From NCBI GenBank assembly GCA_965178125.1, contig OZ237749.1, positions 62,001 to 126,000 on the forward strand: 64,000 nucleotides of DNA. Reading direction: 5' to 3'. Source of the stretch: Bilabrum cf. latius. Taxonomy: Eukaryota. Position numbers and translations under genes: made by a program. The notes below the pieces were generated by a model. The model saw nothing but the letters and a program-made list of their open reading frames with translations, was not told the DNA's origin and did no database searches. Below are positions 15,001 to 25,239 of this stretch, piece after piece. Within the stretch, counting starts at the first letter, position 1, and every line of letters begins with the position of its first letter.

Positions 15001-17766
15001 CCGAGCCGCGAATCTGGTCCACGCCAAAGACGCTTTCGGCGGGCTTGTACGACACCAAGCCCAGGTAGTGTGCTAGTTCAGCAACAGGGCCCGCTGCCTG
15101 CATGCACGCACTCGGCGAAGAATCGTCCTGCAGGGCCGCCCCGCCCTCGTCGCACTAGCGAAGGAATAGACCAGCGGCGGCACCCTCCGGCGCCTCGAAT
15201 CTCGCCCCGGCTCCGCCCTCGAGCCTGACTTCAAGCACGCGGCCGGCTGGCAGTGCCCCTGCGATGCTTGCGCCAATGTGAATTTCCTCCCCCTGGGCCA
15301 TGTGGACCAGGGGCGGGTCCTGCCCGGCGGCACCTTGGTTCTGACTCCCCAGCGTCACGCGAGCCCGCCTGCCCCTCGCATCCACGGCTTCCAGCTCCAC
15401 CTGCAGGCCGCCTCCCTCGGTATCCTCCTCGCCGTCAACCGGGGCATCACCGCTGGCAGTCGTCTCCAGCAGCAGGCTCGACACTAGCAGGGCCCTGCCT
15501 TCGGGCCCCTGTCCAGAGGCACCCTGGTCAGACACGGCCACGGCCACTCGCACGGCCCCCGCTCCCTCCCTGACGCCCACCTCGGGCCGCACCACGATCG
15601 CGCCCAACGCCTCGTTGAGCAGATCGATGGGACCTTGCAGCGAGAGGGTGGCACCAGGCACGAAGGAGCGCGCAGACCCGCCCGAGCAGTCGTCCCGCAG
15701 CGCCCCGCGGGCGGTGCTCGTCGCGCTGGGCAGCACGCAACCGAAGGAGAGGGGTGGCGCGTCCCGGACCCAGTAGCTGCGGTTGGCCCCCGCAGCCAAG
15801 GCAATGCTGCCCCCAAATGCCCGAATGGTCGCGTGAAGCACCCCTTGTTCCCTGGCGGGGGAGAGTACTGGGGACAGTGCGGCGTCCTCCTGAGCGTCTT
15901 CGTCCCGGAGCCGTAGGCCGGACAGCTGGGTGCTGACGTCATCCCACGCGGTGTGCACCCTCCAGACCTGCCTGCTGAGGGCTGCTCTCCAGTCCAGCGA
16001 GCCCATCAGCAGAGTGGAAGCTAGCCCCCCTGCTCTTGCCGATACGCTCGGCAGCTGTACCTCAGGAGGGGAATTGGTCTTATAGACGGGGACGCGGACC
16101 GCGACCTGAGACTGGGAATCGGAGCTCCCTGTTACGCCTCCCGTGGATGAATTAGCACCGCCACCTGCGACAGATACAGCGGCCACCAGCAGACAGCTCT
16201 CTGCCCCGCCGGATGGAACGAGCCTCAGCCTGCCGATGGCCTCCTACAGCGCACTGGCACTGCCCTCCAGCATCTTAGGCGAGCCGCCTGCCTCTACCTC
16301 CAGCACGCGAGCGCCGACCGGGGAACCACCGCTGGGTCCATCGGTCTGCACAACCGCCACCCCAGGCAGTCGATCTGTAGATGCACCGCAGCCGAACGCC
16401 CGCAGTTGCACCCGCAGCAGCCGGGGTTCGACCCCCGGCACAGCATCCGGGTCCTCCACCGTCACAGGCGATCCGCCCACCAGGTGCTCCAGCATTGCCC
16501 CGGTGTGCTCTGCGATCCCATCGCCGGGCACCGACACACAGGCAGCGCCTGGCGCGAGCCAGTCCGGGCTGCCTGCGCTCTCGGGAGCACCCCCGGCGGC
16601 GACGCACGCGCTCCTCGGCTGCTCTAGAAGCTTTGACGCTGCCACCACCCTGGGTGAGTCCTCCACCGCCCTCACCATCACCTGCATCCTGCCAGTGCGC
16701 GCGACCACCGAACCCTGGGTGCCTGTCAGCGCGTCCAGCCAGCCCCCCACATCGCTGGGCGCGCCCTTCCCCGCGAGGTGCACCAGCGCCCCCTCTTCCT
16801 GCGGCAGCCCCAAATACATCCTGACCTGGATTTCCTCATCGATGCCCCACCCAGAGTGCCAGTTGGCAGGGGGCTGGTAGGAGAGGCTGGAGAGGAGAAC
16901 AGACACGGAGTCGGCAGTGCCCACCAGAGCCACGGCCGCGGGTTGCTGCTGCGCGACGGCCATACCCGCGTGCGAGACCTCTGGCATGCGGAGCGGAACC
17001 ACGACAGCCCCGCCCTATTGGGGCAACCGCACAGCCTCCGCTGGTGCCGCCACGATCGTGCCGTACTGGGCCCGGACGAGCACTGCGGTCTTAGTTGCGG
17101 TGTGCTGCAGGCCACCCGCATCGATGAATGGCGCCAGTGCTGCGGGCGAGTCCTCATCCACGTGCAGCTCCTTCGCCAAGCTGAATGTCAGCTGCGGCGC
17201 GGGGGCCGGCCCCGCATCCATCCGCACTTGCACCCTGCCGAGCAGCGCCGAGCGCTGGTCCGGGCCTGCAGTGTAGAGCGGGTCAAACCCGTTGCCCAGG
17301 CGCCAATACTGCGCAGTCACCGTAAACTCAGTTTCTAGTGATGTGGAGGATCGCAGCCACCGCACGCTCCTGGCAGCTGCTGCCACTGAGGACGCATCTC
17401 CAACCAGCCTTAGAGACGTCTGCGGTTTGCTGCGGTCAACATAAAATAGCAAGCTGCGAGTGTCGTGAACGGTAAGTAGCCCACCGCTGGAGGCATCTAT
17501 CTACATTTCAAAGACTTGCGTTCTAGAGCTACCAGATACCTCCACCTAAACTGCGATACTGGTGCAGACAGAAAAGAGTTGCAACGTTATGTGTGTATCT
17601 TCGGGAAGCGAAGGGGTTAACACCTGGTAAACTCACGCCCAACATTCGTAGCATGAGGGCCATTAGCTGAGACTGTGTTTGGAGCAGTCATGCGGATGCT
17701 CGTTTGCTCCAATTCACACAGCACACCGCAAGCGCACAGTACCAGCACGCTTATCGCGACATGCAT
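1..17766 (-). CDS. Giant secreted surface/adhesin-like protein (>5,800 aa, 3' end beyond window edge) with cadherin-like/Ig-fold repeats; requires TAG as a sense codon; exon 1 17637-17766, exon 2 <1-17550
   Basis: 27 minus-strand ORF-track pieces (ending at 212, 761, 1055, 2507 ... 16244, 17015) are all in one frame and all end in TAG. Reading the gaps by hand gave about 55 TAG and no TAA/TGA. Exon 1 encodes a signal peptide (MHVAISVLVLCACGVLC). Recurrent motifs such as GTLTEVNLALAQTTYASLPTFTGTDYLTVS, GPIDLLNEALGAIVVRP, GTADSVSVLLSSLSYQPPANWHSG and N-x-P/A-P linkers (VNEPPEI, NRAPSV, NSPPEV, NNAPQL) resemble cadherin-like tandem repeats. Confidence 0.85.
17551..17636 (-). other. Spliceosomal intron (86 nt, phase 1) in the giant secreted protein gene
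   Basis: GTGAGT donor and TATCGCAG acceptor on the minus strand. Removal joins the 130-nt signal-peptide exon in frame to exon 2 and removes an in-frame TGA. Confidence 0.75.
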
Positions 17767-17959
17767 CGTGCCAGCCCGACAACTGCGCAAGTCTCGCAGT
17801 CCTTGGTTACAAATATATGCCGAATTTGCGTTAACGGTCCAATATTTTCAAAATTACGCGTCAAAATGGACCGGATATAAAGAAAGCGTTAAATCTGGAA
17901 AACCGGAAGTAGAGTTTGAGTGGCCGGATCGCGAGCAATGGTCCAGCCCCTATCCATCA

Positions 17960-18955
17960 TTACTTCAATTTCAACTCAGATGGCTTTTGAGCGCCTGAGC
18001 TAGACCTGCTTGCCCCCCTAAAAGCTCGGAGCGCGGATACCATCCAGCTGATGTTCAGGAGTGTCATGCCAGCGGCCCCAGCGTAGCAGTACCACCGTGT
18101 GGGCCCCGGGTCTCCCCCTCCTGCCCCGGCCCCTGACCCCGCCTCGGCGATGCCCCCCTTACTCCCTTCACTCGCGGCATGAATACCGCTGGACTGCGCC
18201 GGCCCGTCCAGCTCGCCGCTGTTCTCCGCCTCGCCCCGGCAGCCTTCCCCCACTTGCACTTGCCCCTGCAGCGCGCCTCTGCTCCTCTCATACCACGCGA
18301 TAACGGCCGGCCAGAACAGCACTCGAAGAAAGAGAAACCCGAGACCAAGGGACGCCTGCAGCAACAGCCGCACCCGCCCCAGCCACGCGCGACTTGTCGG
18401 CGACGTGGCGCCTGACTCATCTCCGCCGACGGAACTGGCAATCCGCCGCAGCAGCCAGGATAGGTTCAACAGTGGTGTAGTAGCATGTTGCACGAACAGG
18501 AGCCCCGCAACTACTGACCCTGCAGACAAGCGAGCCTGCACGGCAAGCAGCAAGACTCCGCCTAGAATGCATGCGGCGTGGTGCACGAGGTCTCGCCATC
18601 GCATCTTCTACTCTCGTATAATTTTAATGATATCAATTAACGTATCGAGCCCGTAGTAGGCAAGCTCAAATAGTACCTGCTGCTCGTTCTACGTCCGAGA
18701 TTCAGCCTCAATCGACATCCGTGGCGGATCGCATTCGATTTCAATCGACCAACGATGAGCTATTTTCGCAGCTTTCACAGCAAAGATTGTTCCTACTACT
18801 GCATGCACTGTAGAAAGCAATCTCTGTGCGGCATCACTCGGGGGGATGCCTGCGGCGGGGACTCTTTGCAGAAATAAAAGTGTGCATGCATATACCAGTC
18901 CCAGCCCTGAGGCCCTTCCGAGAATACCGGAAGCAATATCGAGTATATTTCTCAT
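17960..18955 (-). CDS. TLC (TRAM/LAG1/CLN8) domain membrane protein; 2 in-frame TAG (18608, 18689); alternative start ATG at 19009
   Basis: ORF pieces 18689-19075 and 17960-18604 share a frame. Joined, they give TLC hallmarks: STVHA, AYYGLDT, LVHH, TTPLLNLSW, FLFLRVL, LLNISWM. Ends TAA-TGA. Confidence 0.8.
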
Positions 18956-19618
18956 GTATGCATGATTCGATGTTGTGTCTGGGTCCTCAAATCCTAGGAT
19001 TAACGTCATTCGGATCCCGGGACTGGTTACACACAGTGCACTGCAGTTGCACTTTCCTGTGGCTCTGCTGCACACTCTATGCTAGAACCTGATGGCACGG
19101 GTGCTGGTGTTCAATCATGGATGGACCATGCCGGGCTACTGTGCGCGGGGGCCTAAAGTCTCTCGGAGGCCCAGGCCCCGCCATGTCTTGCCATGATGAG
19201 CCCCATGGGACATGGCCTCATTCAGTAGTCTGCAGGGGGCAAGGCCAGGGGGGGCTAGGATGGCGCCCCCATCAGATCGATCTGATCCTGCCGGACATAC
19301 CCGAGCACATCCCTTGTACCGACCCTCCCTGGTTCCTTCTAGCCTAAGGCTAAACCCATGCATGCCGTATCCGTTCTGGCTCGTTCACTACATGCACGGT
19401 GATCGGTAAGCTAGCTGGCTTCTTGAAAGACTGCGAGGAGGATCAGACCAGGGCCAACAAGCTGCATCTCATCGAATCGTCGAGGTTGCTAGTACAGTGG
19501 CTCCATGCCAACCCCGGTAAACCGTGGCTTCGTATCCAATAGTGAAGATGAATGTGCGAAAATGCTTGTGAGCGAAAGCACAAACTAGACTTCGTGCGAA
19601 CCGACAATAACCCCCAAA

Positions 19619-21011
19619 ATGGTTGAAGTGAGCGCATTGATTGAAGTATATGTTGCTTGCAACAATTGTCTACTAACACTTCTCTAGGCATTGGCTGAAT
19701 AGTTGGACTACTGAAGCACCTCATCTTCAAAAAATCGTCTCGCAGGAAGTACGAGCGCAAGGCAAGGCCCTACTCAAATCGAAGGATTATTCTGGCGCAG
19801 AAGAAGAGTATACAAGGGGGATTGGGATCGATGAATCCCAGGCGTGGCTGTGGAGTAACCGAGCCATCGTCCGCCTGCTAAGGAAAAAGTATGCAGACGC
19901 GGCAGAAGACGCCAAGAAGGCAATCGAACTTGATGAGAGCCTTGCCAAAGCATATAATACCAGAATCAAGGCTACGATGGCCATTGGAAAACTTGATGAA
20001 GCCTTGGAGGCTGCCCTCGAGGGTAAGGAGAACTTGACTGGCAGCGACAAGCAAAACATGGAACAGTACGAGACAACAATCCACAGGCGAGTCATGGCTA
20101 GAATCAATGGCGGTGGTGCGCATGGGGGCGGGGGTGTCCAGGTGCGCGTCCCCTGGTCCGAGAAGCCCGCTTGGGGCGGCACGCTGGACGCTCCGAGCAC
20201 GCTGCAGCTGGCCTCTGGCATCGTCGGGATGGTGTTCGCGGTGCTCCACGTGGTTCCGCTTGTTCCCTTGGGGGGATACGAGAGGTACGTCGGCACGCTA
20301 GCCGTGGGCCTGGCCATCTCTGCGAACGCCCGCGGGATCATGTCGGTGGCGGGCCCCGTGCAGTTCACCAGCGCATACCTGCAGCAGGCGCTCATCCAGC
20401 GGTTCTCCCCTGGGCTGCTCACGGCGCTCACATGCCTCACCGGCACACCTAACGCCGCCTCGCTCGGCGCCATGTGGTTGTTCCCCGGGGTGCAGGCGCT
20501 CACCCAGCTCGCCGTCGTGGCACCCGCCCTTGCCGCCCCGCTGGCCTCGCTGGGCCGGTGGCTGGCCACGAGCGCGCTGGGCATGAAACCGGAAGAGTGG
20601 GACGCCAAGAGCCCGCGGCAGAGGCTGGCTGCGCTGGAGGACCCCGCGCACAAGCTCGCGGCCCAGCTGTGCTTGCTGTCCCTGGCCCTGGGCCTCGTGG
20701 AGATGGTCACAGGGGCGGGGGGCATCTCCACCCTGCTCGTGCTCGGCATGCTCGTGTACCTGCAGAGCGCCATGAACCCGCACATGCGGACGGTGCTGCG
20801 TGAGATAGACGCCTGGGGGCAGGAGAGTCTCCCTGCGGGCATGCAAGGGACGTGGTCCTCGGTGACCTCGCTCGTTGGCTCCTTTGATCCAGTCGAGCAG
20901 GCCAGGAAGCAGCACGAGCAGCAGCAGAGGCAGCAGGCGGGAGGGAGTGACGCGGCGGGGGCAGCTGGTGGGGGCATCATGGGGCAGCTTGGACACTGCA
21001 CTGTGTCATGA
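19619..21011 (+). CDS. N-terminal three-TPR domain fused to a multi-pass TMEM33/Pom33-like membrane region, ending in CaaX-like CTVS; putative 9-nt first exon (19619-19627) and intron 19628-19745
   Basis: The frame upstream of the track ORF (19977) stays open back to a CGCAG acceptor and reads EVRAQGKALLKSKDYSGAEEEYTRGIGIDESQAWLWSNRAIVRLLRKKYADAAEDAKKAIELDESLAKAYNTR, a co-chaperone-type TPR. Hydrophobic C-terminal half; TGA stop. The start exon is tentative. Confidence 0.7.
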
Positions 21012-21262
21012 TGCGACTCAAAGGGGTGCTAGAGGTAGAAGAATACCGGCTTGCCTGGCTGGGCAGCCAGAGTCAGACAGCTCAATGGAACTCAAAGGGA
21101 ATACAAAGCGATTCAGCTGTGGTCGTACACTCAACAAGACAGAAACATGCGCCCCAGGCCTCACCCCAGCTCACGTGGCAAGCGTCCATTGGAAGCTGCC
21201 TCACCAACGACGCCATTCCATTCACACAATCCGGTGCCTCCTTGTCCCACGGCCTGCCGCCC

Positions 21263-24200
21263 TCACCCCTCGAACACCACGGCCCTTGCAGTGAGCAGGA
21301 ACCTGAAGGCGAACACCTCCACGGGCAGCGCGTCGAACTTCTTGAGCTTGCTGTCCTTGGCCTGCGTCTCAGAGGTGGCCTCTGGCCTGGCCGCCAGCTT
21401 GCCCACGATCTCCACGCCGCGAGAGGGGTCGAAGAACCGGGCCGTGTGCGTGGTCAGCACGACGTCGGCGAACCGCACGCGGGTCTCCACGTCCGGAGAC
21501 AGCTGCCTGGCCCCTCCTTCGCTGCCCTTCTTCTTCTTGCCTAGCGCCAGCTCCTTCTTGGTCATCTCCTTCTCGTACTGCTCGTTGATCTCCTTCCGAT
21601 GGTTGCGCTGCTCCTCCGTCTCGACCCTCGAGGGCAGCTCCAGGCCCATGGACGAGATGATCTGCGTCAGCGCGCAGTTCACGCGCTCCTCGTCCTTCTC
21701 GTCGTCCACGGCGGTCAGCGGCAGCCACACCCGGCAGTGGGGCCCGCCCTGCGACGACTGGCAGTCGCACGGCTCCGTCTCGGCGTTCGAGCCCCCGGCC
21801 AGCAGCCTGCCAGACGTGGGGTCCAGCACCACGAGGCCAGGGGTTATCACTCGCACGATGCGGTAGCCCCGCCTGGCCAGCTGGAAGATCATGCGGGTCA
21901 CGACGCACTCGTCCCCGACCCTGCCCTCGGGCCACTCGCCCTCGCCGGTCTCCACGGCGGCGGGCATGGGAGTGGCGCTCTTGGACTGCAGCAGGGCGCG
22001 GTACAGGGCGCCTGCCAGGTCGCCCTTGGTGCCTGCGAGCACAGTATGGCGGCGGTAGAGAGGAATGAGCCGGCCCAGGACCATCTTCATGTCCTGGATG
22101 GTCTTCACACCCGTCCTCGAGGCATCCGCGCCCTCGCCAGTGATGCCCCCGAACGCGGTATCCGGGTCGTAGTACGAGTTCCACTCCATATCCCCATCTT
22201 CGTCGTCAAACAGGTGGTCGTCGGTCACCATGTACATGTCGTCCTGGTAATTCTCGTACGCCATGAAACCCGAGCCATAATCTTCCTCATACCCGCTCTC
22301 ATCGCCGCCATAGTAGTCATCCAGCTTCGCGTCCTCGTCCTTGCCCTCACCCGAGCCGGCCTGGTCCTGCTCGTCATGGGAGTACGGGTCCTCAAACGAC
22401 TCCTCGTAGGCGGCGATATTGTCGTCCTCGAAACCTCCATCGCCCGTGAGCATGACAGGATCATCGTAGTAACTGCTGTACTCGGAGTAACGGTCGTCCT
22501 CATCTGCTGAGGCGTCCCCACCATCACCGTCCTCCCCCTCAAGGCGACGCGCCCCAGAAGCAGCGCCGGCACGAAGCACCGACACCCGCGCCGGAGACAC
22601 CGCCTCCACCGCCTCCGAGGCGTGCACGGCCCCGACGTCAACCAGGCCCGCAAGGCCCCGCGCGCGGCGGCTCTTGTCGAATCCCGCGGGGGGCTACTTC
22701 CACCAGGCCTCGCTGCCCACGCCGCTGTCGGCCGGCAGCTTGGACTCGAGGACGCCTCCGTCGTCCAAGCGGTCCAGCGCCCCGTGGGAGAGCATGGCAT
22801 CTAGCTCCTGCCCGTCATCGTCGTCGCTGGCCACCTGGTTGGCCTGCGCGATGGGCGCGTACACCTGTCGGCCCCCCACCACGCGCCAGGTGGCCTTGCG
22901 GGCGAGCGTCACTGGCAGGTTGGAGAGGCTCGAGTCGAGCAGCACCACGTTCACGTTCTGCCCGCGGGCCGCCATGAGGCCGGTGTAGTAGGCCTGCACG
23001 GCCTGCGAGCTGGCCAGCACGTTCAGCATGGACTCGTCCGAGAGGCGCCGGCTCTTGTTCCCCGCGGCTGCCTTTGCGTCCGCCGCGGCCTTCTCCTCCT
23101 TGGCCTTCTTGATGAGAGCCTGCAGCGTGCCCTGCCCGTGCTTGGTCATCCACTTATCCAGCCTGGCCTGCACCTTCTTGTCGACCTGGCCCGCCTCGAT
23201 CTTCTTGACGAGCTTGCCGATGTGGTGCTGCAGCACCTCCTGCTCCATGTGGCTCACCCGCTTGTCCGTGCGGTCCCCCGAGGTCACGTCCTTGCCCTGG
23301 TTCTTGACGTCCTTGTTCACCCCGGCGTCGTCGTCGTCGTCCGCGTTCTTGTCGTCCGTGCTCTGGCCCGTGCCCCGGCGGCCCTTGGACCATGTGGCCA
23401 GGTCCTTCATCATGTCCTCGGGAGAGGCGGCCACCACCGGCTGGATCTTCACGTCGATTCCCAGGGCAGTACGCGCCGAGTCCACGATGGAGGTCAGCCG
23501 GACGGGGGCGTCGTCTAGCTCCACGTGCCTCGTCTCTACGGGCACGATCATCAGCTCGGCCGACACCCCGGGGCTGTCCTTGGGGTTCTTGGCGCCCACC
23601 ATGCGGGCGAAGGACTTGATGAGGTTGGGCAGGCGGTGCAGGTGCCGCGCGCGGTAGGGCAGCACGGCCACCACGTGCTGCTTGACGAAGCGGGCCCAGT
23701 TCTTCGGCTTCTTCTATACGATCGGCTTGTCCTTTGCGCCCTCTGCATCGGCCAATGACCGCCTCCTGGTGCCCTGCGCGGCCGCTTGCTCGGTGGCCTC
23801 CTTGCCTGCCTCGATCTCTGCCTCTTCCTCCTTCTTGTCCTCCTCGGGCACCGCGCTCTCCTCCCTCTCCTCCTCCTCGATGGCCTCCTCCGTCTCCACG
23901 CCCTTGCTAAGCTTGGACTGCTGGAAGAGGTCTGTCATGTTGGCGCCCTCGCTCAGGGGCTTGACGATGGGCCGCGGCAGCCATCGCCGGCGGTAGCACA
24001 CCTCGCGGTAGTCCCCCGGGCCCAGAGGGACCCGCATGCGGTACATGACCCCGAACACGGGGTGGGGCATGAAGAAGACCCTCCTGCAGCAGCTGTCCTC
24101 GTTCTGGGGCGAGAAGGCCTGTTTCCAGACGGACCGGCCGCGCATCCACTCGAGCGTGCCGTTGAGGCTCTGCACGGCCTGCGCCGCCACGCGCATGGCC

Positions 24201-25031
24201 TGGTTCCGGTTGTCGCTGTAGTACACGCTCCCTGCCACCGGCTTGTCGTCCGCAGATGCCACCCCAATGCAGGGCTGCTCCCCAAAGCTGACGGCGTTCC
24301 TGGCCGAGGAGAGGACGCCCGGGTTGGTGGGGACCCCCTCCCATGCGAGCTGGTCGGGGGGCAGCTGGCAGAACCACGACAGCAGGTTGGTGGCACCGCT
24401 CTCGATGATGCCCTCTTCATGTTCCCTGAGGCTCTTGGACACGATCAGGTCCAGCTGGGACCGCATCTCGTCGCGGATCTCGCCGGCCTTTTCCTTGGCT
24501 CCGGAGCGCAGGGCTTCAATCTCGCGAGTCAGCTTGGCGATTTCAAGAGACGTTCCCTGCGAGCTCCCCGAGCCAGATTCACGGGCCTCTTCCAGCTCTT
24601 GGATGCGTTTGTTCAGCTCGCCGATCTCTTCCGCGGGGGCGCTGTAAACGTCCTCAATCTGCTGCTGGTATTCCGCCTAGTACTTACGGCGGAACTCATC
24701 CTCGAGACGAATGCGCTCGTCTGCAAAATGCAATTATATAGCTGGACAAATACACCAAACATGGAGAGATCCGCATGCACTTATGGTAGCCTCTCGAAAC
24801 CAAAAGAACGCCACAAGAAGTAGATTTCCTAGAAACACTCGCAGAGCATGTACCAAAACACGCTCCACGCCAAATAGCCTGTCAAACAATCTTACCTACA
24901 GATAGGCTGTGTGATACCGTGGGTGCATTGCGAGCGTCTTTTCGAGAGCCCGAGAAGACGAAGAACCACAGAAGACCAGTCACAACAGCTGTTGCTAGGA
25001 CTACCACGCCAATTTTGCGGGGCTCTGACAT
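21263..25031 (-). CDS. Type II membrane protein (~1,197 aa) resembling a divergent chondroitin synthase/CHGN-family glycosyltransferase with acidic inserts; exon 1 24896-25031, intron 24721-24895; 3 in-frame TAG
   Basis: Exon 1 gives MSEPRKIGVVVLATAVVTGLLWFFVFS (signal anchor). A GTAAG...TTTTGCAG phase-1 intron joins it to a coiled-coil stem. Pieces ending 23714, 22694 (TAG) and 21263 (TGA) are in one frame. Motifs VAVLPYRAR, VVLLDSS...GRQVYAPI and GYRIVRVITPGLV recall CHGN motifs. Confidence 0.6.
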
Positions 25032-25239
25032 GAGCATGTAGCTTCGCCATAGACCCTACTCTTTAGGTGTCCTCGTCCTTGGGACGGGGCCGGACATCTT
25101 GGCCCTGAGAAGCAACCACTGTGAATCACGCCGCCGATTGGGTGAATGTTGTTCCGCAATTAGGTACGATTGCGCGGCGCCGATTCGAGCAAAATGAACG
25201 TAAACAAGGATAGATTATTGTCGCCGTGGTGATCCCAGC
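25032..25239. promoter_or_regulatory. Probable bidirectional promoter (~208 bp) between divergent genes
   Basis: Lies between the ATG at 25031 (minus) and the ATG at 25240 (plus); lower GC than the flanking gene bodies. Confidence 0.4.

Noticed and set aside
1-17550. Interpretation as a pseudogene or as a cluster of small genes
   Set aside because: About 55 stops that are all TAG, in one frame, with no TAA/TGA or frameshift over ~5,850 codons is not what random decay produces.
17860-17930. Recurring CCGGA motifs upstream of the giant gene and of the GH gene (50150-50175)
   Set aside because: Short motif in GC-rich DNA; enrichment cannot be established by eye.
19271-19286. Perfect 16-bp palindrome ATCAGATCGATCTGAT in the TLC/TPR intergenic region
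   Set aside because: Single occurrence, with no terminal inverted repeats or TSD to support a MITE or RNA gene.
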